Shown here: piece by piece, positions 51,634 through 60,915 of the stretch | Position numbering within the stretch: position 1 is the stretch's first letter | Layout of the letters: the number at the start of each line of letters is the position of its first letter | NCBI GenBank assembly: GCA_018971685.1 | Contig: JAGXAG010000003.1 | Location: 24,366-88,365, forward strand | Origin: Patescibacteria group bacterium | Lineage (GTDB): Bacteria > Patescibacteriota > Minisyncoccia > Phycocordibacterales > PALSA-1337 | DNA length: 64,000 nt | Direction of reading: 5' to 3' | Notes under the pieces: generated by a model | What the model saw: only the letters and a program-made list of their open reading frames with translations | Told to the model about the DNA's origin: nothing | Database searches by the model: none | Made by a program: the position numbers and the translations under genes

Positions 51634-52563
51634 ATGCCAAACCACGCCCAAAGCATTCATAAGCCAGTTCTTTTACATGAAGTAGTTGATTACTTATTTC
51701 TGCGGGGAGGCAAAGGCGGGAAGGTACCGCGTGTTTATCTGGACGGCACCATCGGCGGTTGCGGCCACGCCCTCGCGCTTGCCGAAGCTCTTGGAGGCAA
51801 ATTGACCATAATCGGCCTCGACCGAGATCGTCAGGCGATCGAAAGCGCCCGTGAGAAGCTGGCCGGCAAAGCGGAGCGGCTGATATTGGAACACAAAAAC
51901 TTCCGCAATCTCGACGAAGTATTGTCCAAGCATGGTATTGATGGCGTCGACATCGTATTGTTCGATCTGGGCATGTCATCAGACCAGCTTGAAAATTCCG
52001 GCCGAGGATTTTCATTCCAAAGAGACGAACCGCTTCTCATGACTATGGGCGATCCGGCCGAATATCCGTTCACCGCGAAAGATCTGGTCAACAGCTGGAA
52101 AGAAGAAGACATCGCCAATGTTATATTCGGGTACGGCGGAGAGAGATTTGCCACAAAGATAGCCCGAGCGATCGTCCGTTATCGGGAGATGAGAACTATC
52201 GATACTTCCAGCGAACTGGCTGAGATCGTGAAAGGAGCCGTACCGGCGTTTTATCGGCGAGGCAGACTGCACCCGGCCACCAAAACATTCCAGGCCGTTA
52301 GGATAGCGGTGAATGACGAGTTGAATGCCTTGAAAGAAGGATTGCGTAAGGGTTGGGCCGTACTGGCCAAAGGCGGCAGGATGGCGATCATATCATTCCA
52401 CTCTCATGAAGACAGAGTAGTCAAAGAATTTTTCAGGGAGCATGGCAGGATAGACGGTTTGATCATTACCAAGAAGCCGATCAGGCCAGGCGCGGGTGAG
52501 ATCGAGGATAATTCGCGCGCCCGAAGTGCCAAACTCAGAATTTCCGAAAAACGTGTCGTATGA
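51634..52563 (+). CDS. rsmH: 16S rRNA m4C1402 methyltransferase
   Basis: HKPVLL.EV, DGTIG.CGH, DLGMSS.QL, RGFSF, FQAVRIAVNDEL, ISFHS.EDR, RSAKLR. Confidence 0.96.
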   Translation: MPNHAQSIHKPVLLHEVVDYLFLRGGKGGKVPRVYLDGTIGGCGHALALAEALGGKLTIIGLDRDRQAIESAREKLAGKAERLILEHKNFRNLDEVLSKHGIDGVDIVLFDLGMSSDQLENSGRGFSFQRDEPLLMTMGDPAEYPFTAKDLVNSWKEEDIANVIFGYGGERFATKIARAIVRYREMRTIDTSSELAEIVKGAVPAFYRRGRLHPATKTFQAVRIAVNDELNALKEGLRKGWAVLAKGGRMAIISFHSHEDRVVKEFFREHGRIDGLIITKKPIRPGAGEIEDNSRARSAKLRISEKRVV

Positions 52564-52601
52564 ATATGTGAATAATTTTTAAATTTAATCTTGTACTCAC
52601 C

Positions 52602-52919
52602 ATGACCAAAGCTATAGCAAATACTGTTTATCTAACCAATGAATACCGCGCGCTTATCGCACGCATTTTGACAGGAGGATGTCTTTTGGCTGTCCTTGTC
52701 TACGGTTTGAATATTTACGCCGCCATTTCGGATGCTGTAGCCCTGGAGAAGGTAGAAAATGAAACTGCAATTGTTGAAAACAAAGTGCAGGCGCTGGACA
52801 CGAATTATATAGCCCTTTCGGGCAAAATCACGCCGGACATGGCGAAAAGTTACGGTCTTACCCAGACGGCAACAGCTGAATACATAAACCGAAACGGCGC
52901 ACTTTCCGTGGCCCGATGA
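52602..52919 (+). CDS. ftsL: FtsL-like cell division protein
   Basis: Single TM + coiled coil between rsmH and the PBP gene. Confidence 0.6.
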   Translation: MTKAIANTVYLTNEYRALIARILTGGCLLAVLVYGLNIYAAISDAVALEKVENETAIVENKVQALDTNYIALSGKITPDMAKSYGLTQTATAEYINRNGALSVAR

Positions 52920-54637
52920 ACCAATCACAAAAGACAAGACTCAGGATAGTATTTGCCGGCATAGCATTGTCCGCCGTGGCGTTGGCGGCGTCTTTGTACT
53001 CGACGCAAATCATTCACGGCGCCGGATATGCCGCCAAAGCGGATAAACAATATTCCAGACCGGCTACCACGCTATTTGACCGCGGCACGATATACTTTCA
53101 GCTGAAAGACGGCACAAAAATCGCCGCGGCCACGGTAGAGCGGGGATATTTGGCATATATGAATCCAAAACTGATCAACGATCCGACGACGACTTACGAA
53201 GTGGTCTCCCAGTTCTTGCAAGTAGATAAAAAAAGATTTTTAGATTTAGCGGCCAATAAAAACGACTCGTATGAGGAGTTGGCTGGCGGATTAAAGAGTG
53301 CCGTGGGACAATCGATCGCCGCTTTGAATTTGCCGGGCATAGGCGTGGTGCCGGAATCGTGGCGATTTTATCCCGGCGATTCGCTGGCGGCGCATGTTTT
53401 GGGATTGGTAGGTGAAGACGCAAGTTCGTCGGCGATAACGGGCAAATACGGTCTGGAAAGATTTTACCAAAACACACTTGGGCGCGAAGGCGGTTTCGGT
53501 TCCGGCGCCGATATATTTGCGGAGCTTTTTTCCGGCGTGAAAGATACGGTTTTCGGCGGCAGAGCTGATGAAGGAGACATCGTGACTACCATCGATCCGG
53601 CGGTTGAAACTTATCTGGAGAAAGTCCTTTCGGATACTGAGGCAAAATGGCATCCCGATACTATAGGTGGTATTGTTATGAACCCCGAAAACGGGGAGAT
53701 CGTAGCGATGGCTTCACATCCGTCATTCAATCCGAACAAACTATCGTCGCTAAAGTCGAGCGCCGTTTTATCTGACCCATTGGTTGAGAATGTATACGAG
53801 ATGGGCTCCATAATGAAGCCGATAACCATGTCGTCGGCTCTCGATGCTGGAGCAGTTGGGCCGGATTCGACTTATGACGATACAGGCTGTCTCAAAATCG
53901 CCGGTTATAATGTATGCAATTACGATCTGAGAGCCAGAGGTCCAGGCACGACCATGCAGACTATATTGTCGCAATCGCTCAATGTGGGCGCCGCCACCAT
54001 AGCAATGAAGATGGGTTCGACCACCATGTATGATTATTTCAAAAGATTCGGGCTCTTTGGCAAGAGCGGCATAGATTTGCCGAACGAGGGTATGCCCATA
54101 ACCGGCAACTTGAAGCATGGTGCGGATATAGATATAGTCACGGCCGCTTTTGGCCAGGGTATAGCGGTATCGCCGGTACAAATGGCCAGAGCCCTCTCGG
54201 TCATAGCCAACGGTGGCTATTTGGTAACGCCGCATTTGGTCAAGGAGATCGACTATAATGACGGCAAGACGAAGGAAGTAAACCCGCCGCGCATAGGCCC
54301 GGTTATATCGCCCAAAACAGCCAATGAGGTGCAGACCATGTTGGTCAATGTAGTTGACAAGGCATTTGCACCTGGCACCATCGCTAAGAATCATTATTCT
54401 CAAGGTGCCAAGACGGGCACTGCCCAAATAGCGGATCCTACGAACGGTGGCTATTACCCCAACCGCTACTTGCACTCTTTCTTTGGATTTTTTCCGGCCT
54501 ACAATGCCAAATTTTTGATTTTCCTGTACCAAGTGTATCCGAAGGGCGCCGAATATGCCTCACAAACTTTGACTGCGGCATATACCGAATTGGCCAGTTT
54601 CCTGATAAACTACTACAACATCGCGCCGGATCGATAG
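52916..54637 (+). CDS. ftsI: Class B penicillin-binding protein (FtsI/PBP2)
   Basis: RGTIY, R.YP, G..GLE, SxxK (SIMK), SLN, KTGTAQ. Confidence 0.92.
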   Translation: MNQSQKTRLRIVFAGIALSAVALAASLYSTQIIHGAGYAAKADKQYSRPATTLFDRGTIYFQLKDGTKIAAATVERGYLAYMNPKLINDPTTTYEVVSQFLQVDKKRFLDLAANKNDSYEELAGGLKSAVGQSIAALNLPGIGVVPESWRFYPGDSLAAHVLGLVGEDASSSAITGKYGLERFYQNTLGREGGFGSGADIFAELFSGVKDTVFGGRADEGDIVTTIDPAVETYLEKVLSDTEAKWHPDTIGGIVMNPENGEIVAMASHPSFNPNKLSSLKSSAVLSDPLVENVYEMGSIMKPITMSSALDAGAVGPDSTYDDTGCLKIAGYNVCNYDLRARGPGTTMQTILSQSLNVGAATIAMKMGSTTMYDYFKRFGLFGKSGIDLPNEGMPITGNLKHGADIDIVTAAFGQGIAVSPVQMARALSVIANGGYLVTPHLVKEIDYNDGKTKEVNPPRIGPVISPKTANEVQTMLVNVVDKAFAPGTIAKNHYSQGAKTGTAQIADPTNGGYYPNRYLHSFFGFFPAYNAKFLIFLYQVYPKGAEYASQTLTAAYTELASFLINYYNIAPDR

Positions 54638-54651
54638 CATCGTGCCAATCC

Positions 54652-55944
54652 ATGAACTCAATCAAAAAAATCGTCGTCCAGATGCTGACTCTCGAATCAC
54701 GGCTGATTCTGGCCAAATACAAGCCGTTTATCGTGGCGGTTACCGGCAGTGTCGGCAAAACTTCGACGAAAGACGCTGTTTATGCTGTCTTGAAAAATAA
54801 ATATAATTTTGCCAGAAAAAGCGAGAAAAGCTTGAACAGTGAAATCGGTTTGCCGCTTACGGTGATCGGGGCGCCGAATGCATGGCACAGTATGTCCGGC
54901 TGGATTAGCAATATCATACAGGGGTTCGTACTTATGGTCGTCAAAAAGGATTACCCCAACTGTCTGGTTTTGGAGGTCGGAGCGGATCACCCAGGTGACA
55001 TACGAAAAGCCGCGAAATGGCTGAAGCCGGATATCGCAGTCATCACCAAAATCAGCAAGACTCCGGTGCATGTCGAATTTTTCGATTCGCCGGAACAAGT
55101 ATTCGAGGAAAAAATGGCGTTAGCGAAGGCGGTCAAAGATGGCGGCTCGGTTGTTTTGTTCGCGGACGACGAAAGAATGGCAGCTTATCCCCGTTGGAGC
55201 AATTCATCGGTCCTGACTTTTGGAGAGAATAAAGGCGCGAGTGTGAGGGGATTTGATTATGAGGTTTACGGGGTGAATGAAGGATTGTCTTTCAAGATAA
55301 ATTTTGACGGCAGGGTTGAGACGGTCAAGTTGAAAGGTGCTATCGGCAGACAGCAAATGTACCCCCTGTTGGCGGCCGCGGCGGTGGGGAAGGCGAAAGG
55401 GTTGTCTGTCGACGAGATATTGAGGGGGTTGTATGATTACGAACCGGCGCCGGGCAGGATGAGGATTTTGGAAGGCGTGAACGGTTCGACTGTAATAGAC
55501 GACTCGTATAATTCTTCGCCGGACGCGGCGTTTTCGGCGCTTATGTCTCTGAAGGACGCTAAGTGTGGTGGTAGGCGCATAGCTGTCCTGGGCGATATGA
55601 TGGAATTGGGCAAATATTCCGGCGAAGAACATCGCAAGCTCGGCCGCGAGGCGGTTGGATGTGTCGATATTTTGGTAACTATCGGTCCGCGTGCCCGCGC
55701 CGTGGCGGAAGAAGCTCTCAAGGGTGGCATGGCGCCGGTGTCGGTGAAGCAGTTTGATTCCTCTGTTTCAGCGGCGCCGTTCGTCTCGGCGCTCGCGGGC
55801 GCCGGCGATGTCATTCTGGTCAAAGGTTCCCAGGCGCCGCGACTGGAATATGTGACCAAGGCTCTCTTGAAAAACCACGAGAAAGCGGCTAAACTGCTTG
55901 TGCGGCAAGAAGCCGAATGGTTGAAACGGGGCCCTATCGTCTAG
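54652..55944 (+). CDS. murF: UDP-MurNAc-tripeptide--D-Ala-D-Ala ligase
   Basis: VTGSVGKTSTK, NSEIG.PLT, GRM, DDSYNSSP, LGDMMELG, LVKGSQ. Confidence 0.92.
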   Translation: MNSIKKIVVQMLTLESRLILAKYKPFIVAVTGSVGKTSTKDAVYAVLKNKYNFARKSEKSLNSEIGLPLTVIGAPNAWHSMSGWISNIIQGFVLMVVKKDYPNCLVLEVGADHPGDIRKAAKWLKPDIAVITKISKTPVHVEFFDSPEQVFEEKMALAKAVKDGGSVVLFADDERMAAYPRWSNSSVLTFGENKGASVRGFDYEVYGVNEGLSFKINFDGRVETVKLKGAIGRQQMYPLLAAAAVGKAKGLSVDEILRGLYDYEPAPGRMRILEGVNGSTVIDDSYNSSPDAAFSALMSLKDAKCGGRRIAVLGDMMELGKYSGEEHRKLGREAVGCVDILVTIGPRARAVAEEALKGGMAPVSVKQFDSSVSAAPFVSALAGAGDVILVKGSQAPRLEYVTKALLKNHEKAAKLLVRQEAEWLKRGPIV

Positions 55945-56007
55945 CCTGGTCCAGGACGGAGGCTTTTCAAGCCTTAAACCCGGGTTCGAATCCCGGTAGG
56001 GTCACCA
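55930..56007 (+). tRNA. tRNA-Glu(UUC)
   Basis: Acceptor GGCCCTA/TAGGGTC, anticodon arm GAGGC-TTTTCAA-GCCTT, GGTTCGAATCC, encoded CCA. Confidence 0.95.
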
Positions 56008-56151
56008 ATGATATGTAGCCCGTTTAGTAGACACAAGAGATCTGCGTTCACCGTTTCAGAGTATTATATGTCTAAATACCAACAGAGTGAGAAATGAGTG
56101 ACCTTACTCGAACAACCGCGTGGCGTTTTGAGTTATAATATAACCATATCC

Positions 56152-56463
56152 ATGAACAAAAACAATATCATCAAATATGCGCTGGCAAATGCTTTGTGGA
56201 CGGCACTGTATGTAATATTGATAGGCGTTTTCTTGAATAATGCTCCACTTATTTTCGGTCGGCAACCGGGCATTGTGGCGCCCATAGTGATACTCCTACT
56301 TTTCGTATTGTCGGCGGTAGTTTGCGGAGCTTTATTCTTGGGCAAGCCGATCCTGTGGTATTTGGAAGGCAACAAGAGGGAGGCGCTATCGCTTTTCGGC
56401 TACACGCTTCTTGTTTTCTTTGTGGTGACGGTGTTGGTATTGATTTCTCTGGCGATATTTTGA
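56152..56463 (+). CDS. Small three-TM membrane protein
   Basis: Hydrophobic ORF, LLFVLSA...G.P..WYL.G.K.EA. Confidence 0.8.
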   Translation: MNKNNIIKYALANALWTALYVILIGVFLNNAPLIFGRQPGIVAPIVILLLFVLSAVVCGALFLGKPILWYLEGNKREALSLFGYTLLVFFVVTVLVLISLAIF

Positions 56464-56495
56464 AACATTAACGGACTAATCGATAGAAAATAATC

Positions 56496-56981
56496 ATGCC
56501 GGCATCAAATCCAAGGAAAAAAATAATACTGGCGGCTGATCACGCCGGTTTTGCGCTCAAAGAGGCCGTTAAAAAATTCCTGCAAGAAAAGGATTATGAA
56601 ATAGAGGATGTCGGCGCGCGTGAATACAAAGAGGACGACGATTATCCGGAATACATGGCCAAAGCGGCTGTCAAGATCGCTTATGACCAGACCGGCAAGA
56701 CCAAAGCGGTAATTTTCGGCAAATCGGGCCAGGGTGAAGCCATGGTCGCCAATCGATTTCCCGGCGTGAGAGCAGCCGTGTGGTATGGCGGGCCGGAAGA
56801 ATCTTCGGGCAAAATATTGAGATTGTCGCGAGAACACAATGATGCCAATATGCTTGCGGTCGGTGCGGATTTTGTGAATGAAAACCAAACGGAAGAGGCG
56901 GTTGAGTCATGGTTGAATACCGCATTTTCCGGAGAAGAAAGACATTTTCGGAGAATTGAAGAAATGGATTCGTTGGAATAA
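56496..56981 (+). CDS. rpiB: Ribose-5-phosphate isomerase B (Glu-type active site)
   Basis: DHAG..LK, DDYP, GKSGQGE..ANR, REHNDAN, RH.RR. Confidence 0.93.
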   Translation: MPASNPRKKIILAADHAGFALKEAVKKFLQEKDYEIEDVGAREYKEDDDYPEYMAKAAVKIAYDQTGKTKAVIFGKSGQGEAMVANRFPGVRAAVWYGGPEESSGKILRLSREHNDANMLAVGADFVNENQTEEAVESWLNTAFSGEERHFRRIEEMDSLE

Positions 56982-57009
56982 TGCCGAGGTCCGGTATCGA
57001 CAGATTAAA

Positions 57010-57720
57010 ATGCCAAAAGAAATCGAAATAATTCCCGCAATATTGCCGCAAGACTACGACGAAATCGCCGACAAGGTCTCGCGGGTAAGCGGGCTTACAA
57101 AGACGGTACAAGTCGATGTTTGCGACGGACATTTCGTGCCGTCGTTTTCTTGGCCGTACAAAGGCGATCACGGCGAATTCGAAAAGTTGGCGCGTGAGGA
57201 GGAAGGACTGCCTGATTGGGAAAAGATCAATTACGAATTCGATTTGATGGTCGACAGGCCCGAAGAAGTCGTCGATGGCTGGGTCGGAGCGGGCGCGGCG
57301 AGGATTGTTTTGCACGCCGAAGCGAAAGGCGATCTGGGGAAAGCGATCGAAATGTTGAATGGCCTCGTGGAAGTAGGCATGGCGCTCAATATCGATACGC
57401 CGATAAGTGCTGTAGGTGATCCGAAATTCAAGGTAAAAGAAGGCAGTCTACAGTTTATCCAACTTATGGGCATAGACCGCGTCGGTTTCCAGGGTCAAGA
57501 ATTTGATGCGCGCGCCATCGACAAGATAAAAGAGATAAAAAAGATGTGCCCGGACTATCCGGTCTCCGTCGACGGCGGCGTCTCGCTCGAAAACGCGCGT
57601 CGGCTGATCGACGCCGGCGCGGACAGGCTGGTCATCGGTTCGGCGATATTCGAATCCGGCGATGTGATGAAAGTGATGCGTGAATTAAGGTCGGACCTTG
57701 GAAACCATGTTATTAACTGA
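57010..57720 (+). CDS. rpe: Ribulose-phosphate 3-epimerase
   Basis: IIPAIL, QVDVCDGHFVP, DLMV, GFQGQ.F, VDGGV, GSAIF. Confidence 0.92.
   Translation: MPKEIEIIPAILPQDYDEIADKVSRVSGLTKTVQVDVCDGHFVPSFSWPYKGDHGEFEKLAREEEGLPDWEKINYEFDLMVDRPEEVVDGWVGAGAARIVLHAEAKGDLGKAIEMLNGLVEVGMALNIDTPISAVGDPKFKVKEGSLQFIQLMGIDRVGFQGQEFDARAIDKIKEIKKMCPDYPVSVDGGVSLENARRLIDAGADRLVIGSAIFESGDVMKVMRELRSDLGNHVIN
57687..57703. repeat. REP-like palindrome inside the rpe 3' end
   Basis: AAGGTCGGACCTTGGAA, translated as RSDLG. Confidence 0.7.
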
Positions 57721-58552
57721 GGAAAAAGTAAAATTCTTGGAGAAAAAAGCCGCGGAAATACGGCGCTCGATTATCGATATGCTGATTGAAGCGAAATCAG
57801 GCCATACCGCCGGCTCGCTCGGCATGGCTGATATTTTCACATACTTGTATTTCCACGCGCTCAAGCATGACCCCAAAAACCACAATTGGCCGTACAGAGA
57901 TCGTCTGGTGCTTTCCAACGGTCATATTTGCCCGGCTCTTTATGCCGCTATGGCTCACGCTGGTTATTTTCCCGTGGAGGAACTTAATGAATTACGCAAG
58001 CTCGGCAGTCCGCTTCAAGGCCATCCGCACCGAGAATGGCTGAAAGGGCTTGAGACTTCTTCCGGGCCGCTTGGATCGGGACTTTCGCAGGCGGTGGGCA
58101 TGGCGCTTTCCGACAGGATGGATAACGGCAAGTCGTCTGGCAGACAATTCTTTTGCCTATTAAGCGACGGTGAGCTTGATGAGGGCAATTCATGGGAAGG
58201 AGCGATGCTGGCCGGCAAAGAGAAATTGCAAAACCTGACGGTTATAGTTGACCGGAATAATATTCAGATAAGCGGATTTACGGAAGATGTCATGCCGTTG
58301 AATCCATTGGTCGACAAATGGCGCGCTTGGAATTGGCATGTACAGGAAGTCGACGGTCACAATTTCGCCGATATTGACCGTGCCGTGAATGAAGCACGCG
58401 CGGTTTTCGACAAACCGTCGGTTATTATTGCTTATACCATTTCCTCGAAAGGAATTCCGGAATTCGAGCGCAAATATGAATGGCATGGTAAGGCGCCGAC
58501 GACAAAGGAGGAAATAGAAACTGCTTTATCAGCATTTAATAAAATATCATGA
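57707..58552 (+). CDS. Transketolase N-terminal subunit
   Basis: SGHTAGSL, RDRLVLSNGH, LQGHP, GPLGSG, SDGE..EG..WE, DGHN, WHGK. Confidence 0.95.
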   Translation: MLLTEEKVKFLEKKAAEIRRSIIDMLIEAKSGHTAGSLGMADIFTYLYFHALKHDPKNHNWPYRDRLVLSNGHICPALYAAMAHAGYFPVEELNELRKLGSPLQGHPHREWLKGLETSSGPLGSGLSQAVGMALSDRMDNGKSSGRQFFCLLSDGELDEGNSWEGAMLAGKEKLQNLTVIVDRNNIQISGFTEDVMPLNPLVDKWRAWNWHVQEVDGHNFADIDRAVNEARAVFDKPSVIIAYTISSKGIPEFERKYEWHGKAPTTKEEIETALSAFNKIS

Positions 58553-58779
58553 ATTATAATTCATTATTTTTCATTTTTGCAATACTCATATTTCTAATGT
58601 CGGCATTTGACCAAATAAGGGGGCGTACTAGTGATTTGGTATCAGGTTCTTTCCGTCCTAGATTAATAAGATATGTTTATGTAAATAAAAACGATAATCC
58701 AACTGCTTTCTGGGTGTCGCAAATACTTAAGATTGTTGCTGCCGTTGTTTTTTTGTGTATAGGAATTTTATTGAAATAA
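58549..58779 (+). CDS. Small AT-rich membrane protein
   Basis: Two hydrophobic segments, NP..FW motif, ATGA overlap with the upstream gene. Confidence 0.6.
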   Translation: MNYNSLFFIFAILIFLMSAFDQIRGRTSDLVSGSFRPRLIRYVYVNKNDNPTAFWVSQILKIVAAVVFLCIGILLK

Positions 58780-58805
58780 TAATTGCATCACAGTCATATT
58801 AATAT

Positions 58806-59828
58806 ATGATAAAATCTGAACTAAATATAAATGATACTAAAAAAGTTTCTATACGCGACGGATTCGGGGACGGTTTACTGAATGCGGCTGAGAAAGACAA
58901 GAGAGTGGTCGCCTTGTGCGGAGATTTAGAAGAATCTGTGCGCATGGCCGAATTCAAGGAAAAATTTCCGGAAAGATTCATTGAGGTCGGTGTGGCGGAG
59001 CAGAACTTGGTGACGGTGGCCTCAGGCATGGCCGCCATGGGGAAAATACCTTTCGCTGGTTCATTCGCAATATTCAGCCCCGGCCGGAATTGGGAACAGA
59101 TACGGACGACCGTTTGCTACAACAATGTGCCGGTGAAAATCGTCGGCAGCCACGCAGGACTTTCGGCGGCGCTCGACGGAGGCAGCCATCAGGCGCTGGA
59201 AGATATCGCCCTCGCAAGGGTTTTGCCGAGAATGGTCGTGATTTCGCCGTGCGATGCCATTGAAGCCAAGAAGGCGACTATGGCCGCGGCGATGACGAAA
59301 GATCCGACTTACATACGATTGAATAGGAACGCCACGCCGGTGATGACTACCGAAGAAACGCCTTTTGAAATAGGGAAGGCGCAAGTAATTTTTAGGTCCA
59401 AAGATCAAATGACAAATGACAAATCAAATCCAAAGTTCAAAATAGGCAATCATTCTGGCGTTGGCATAATAGCGACCGGCGCGGTGTTGCATCAAGCACT
59501 GATAGTGGCGAAGAAATTGGACGGGGAAGGCAAGAGCGTGGCGGTCATGAACTTGTCGACGATCAAGCCGCTGGATGAGTATGCCGTCATAAAATTGGCG
59601 CACGAGACGGGCGCAATGGTCACAGTGGAAGAGCATCAGATAAATGGTGGCATGGGGAGCGCGGTCGCGGAATTGCTGGCACAACATTATCCGGTGCCGA
59701 TGGAATTCGTCGGCATCAGCGACAAATTCGGGCAAACGGGAAAATATGAAGAATTGCTCGAACTTTACGGTCTGGACGAAAAGAACATTTATTCGGCGGC
59801 GCAGAGGGTGATGTTGCGCCGGCAGTGA
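58806..59828 (+). CDS. Transketolase C-terminal subunit
   Basis: FPERFIEVGVAEQN, DGGSHQALED, YIRL.R, TIKPLD, VEEH...GGMGSAVAE. Confidence 0.95.
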   Translation: MIKSELNINDTKKVSIRDGFGDGLLNAAEKDKRVVALCGDLEESVRMAEFKEKFPERFIEVGVAEQNLVTVASGMAAMGKIPFAGSFAIFSPGRNWEQIRTTVCYNNVPVKIVGSHAGLSAALDGGSHQALEDIALARVLPRMVVISPCDAIEAKKATMAAAMTKDPTYIRLNRNATPVMTTEETPFEIGKAQVIFRSKDQMTNDKSNPKFKIGNHSGVGIIATGAVLHQALIVAKKLDGEGKSVAVMNLSTIKPLDEYAVIKLAHETGAMVTVEEHQINGGMGSAVAELLAQHYPVPMEFVGISDKFGQTGKYEELLELYGLDEKNIYSAAQRVMLRRQ

Positions 59829-59849
59829 TTCCAAGGTCGGATCTTGGAG
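59829..59849. repeat. REP-like palindrome
   Basis: TTCCAAGGTCGGATCTTGGAG immediately after the transketolase stop. Confidence 0.7.
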
Positions 59850-59899
59850 ACTGTGCATAACCGATCTTGTGGTAATTTGGCGGTGTGTTAATATCAACC

Positions 59900-60367
59900 A
59901 TGATGAAATCAGTCATAATAAAGTCTAATCTATTTACGCTCTACGCCGTCTATGGCGATGGCGTTTGGAGCCGGTTTCTGTAATGAATCTCAAAAACGAT
60001 TGATCACAGAAACGGGTTCCAAACGCAAGAATGGAACCTGTTTCGCTCGTCCCGTCCAAAGGTGCGGATGGGAGTGGGAGCGGAAATTGAACATCAAAAC
60101 GCTATGCAAATCAACGCAAATCCACTTGCCGACGTAACGGCGGCTCCGTTTGGTTACTTGGGTCAGCCAATATCGGATCTGTACACCATATACAGGAACA
60201 AATACGGCATGGCCCCTGTTCTGCGACCATTGCCGGGTCAAAATGCCTGGACAAATACAGGCAAAGGAAGAGTGGCTGTCAGGTGGGTGAGAGGGTACTG
60301 GTTTTTGTTGAAACCAAAACTCCGATTGGCAGACAGATTCCCAGCGCTTAAAGGCGGAGGAGATTGA
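59900..60367 (+). pseudogene. Possible frameshifted orphan gene
   Basis: -10-like TAATAT + ATG 59900, then consecutive overlapping short ORFs in different frames. Confidence 0.3.
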
Positions 60368-60572
60368 AAGGAAAACCATGAACGAAGAAGTGTCAGATCA
60401 AGAATATTTCGACAACAAATATAAGATTATCTTTACGCCTGAGGATGACCAAGCAGACAACGGACTCTAAGTCCCACAGCCGCCTGCTCTCCCGCCGCAA
60501 TTTGCGAGCGTGAGAGCGCGGCATTTTCATTGTGCGATAATACAGATTGAGGTGGGGCGCGCTAATTTTTAT

Positions 60573-60604
60573 AAAAATCAGGCATCCTTGGATTTGGATG
60601 CCTG
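60573..60604 (-). terminator. Intrinsic terminator
   Basis: CAGGCATCC-8nt-GGATGCCTG with A-tract on the left. Confidence 0.6.
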
Positions 60605-60624
60605 CGAGAAACCGGCTGGACGGA

Positions 60625-60819
60625 TCACAGATTGAGTTTGAGTTGTTTTTCCGACTCTTGGAATGACGATTGTTGCGAGTATGGGTCAAATGAGTCGAGG
60701 ATCAATTCAAGGGCCTTCAAAGTACCCTTGACAGTCGACTCATTTTCCCTGTCCCTTTCGTGTTCATTCGATTGTCCGAACGGTCCGCCATTTTTGAAAG
60801 GAGATGGCGGTGTCTCCAT
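60625..60819 (-). CDS. Small hypothetical protein
   Basis: Acidic ORF METPPSPF...QLKLNL followed by a terminator. Confidence 0.5.
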   Translation of the reverse strand: METPPSPFKNGGPFGQSNEHERDRENESTVKGTLKALELILDSFDPYSQQSSFQESEKQLKLNL

Positions 60820-60888
60820 TATGTGTTTGTTCATAATATGCCTCTGACTTAACATTAGCATTTTATTCTTTGGCAAGCTATAGTTTCC

Positions 60889-60907
60889 ACACAGGTCGGA
60901 CCTGTGT
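60889..60907. repeat. REP-like palindrome
   Basis: ACACAGGTCGGACCTGTGT 8 nt before the uvrB start. Confidence 0.7.
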
Positions 60908-60915
60908 ATTAATAA

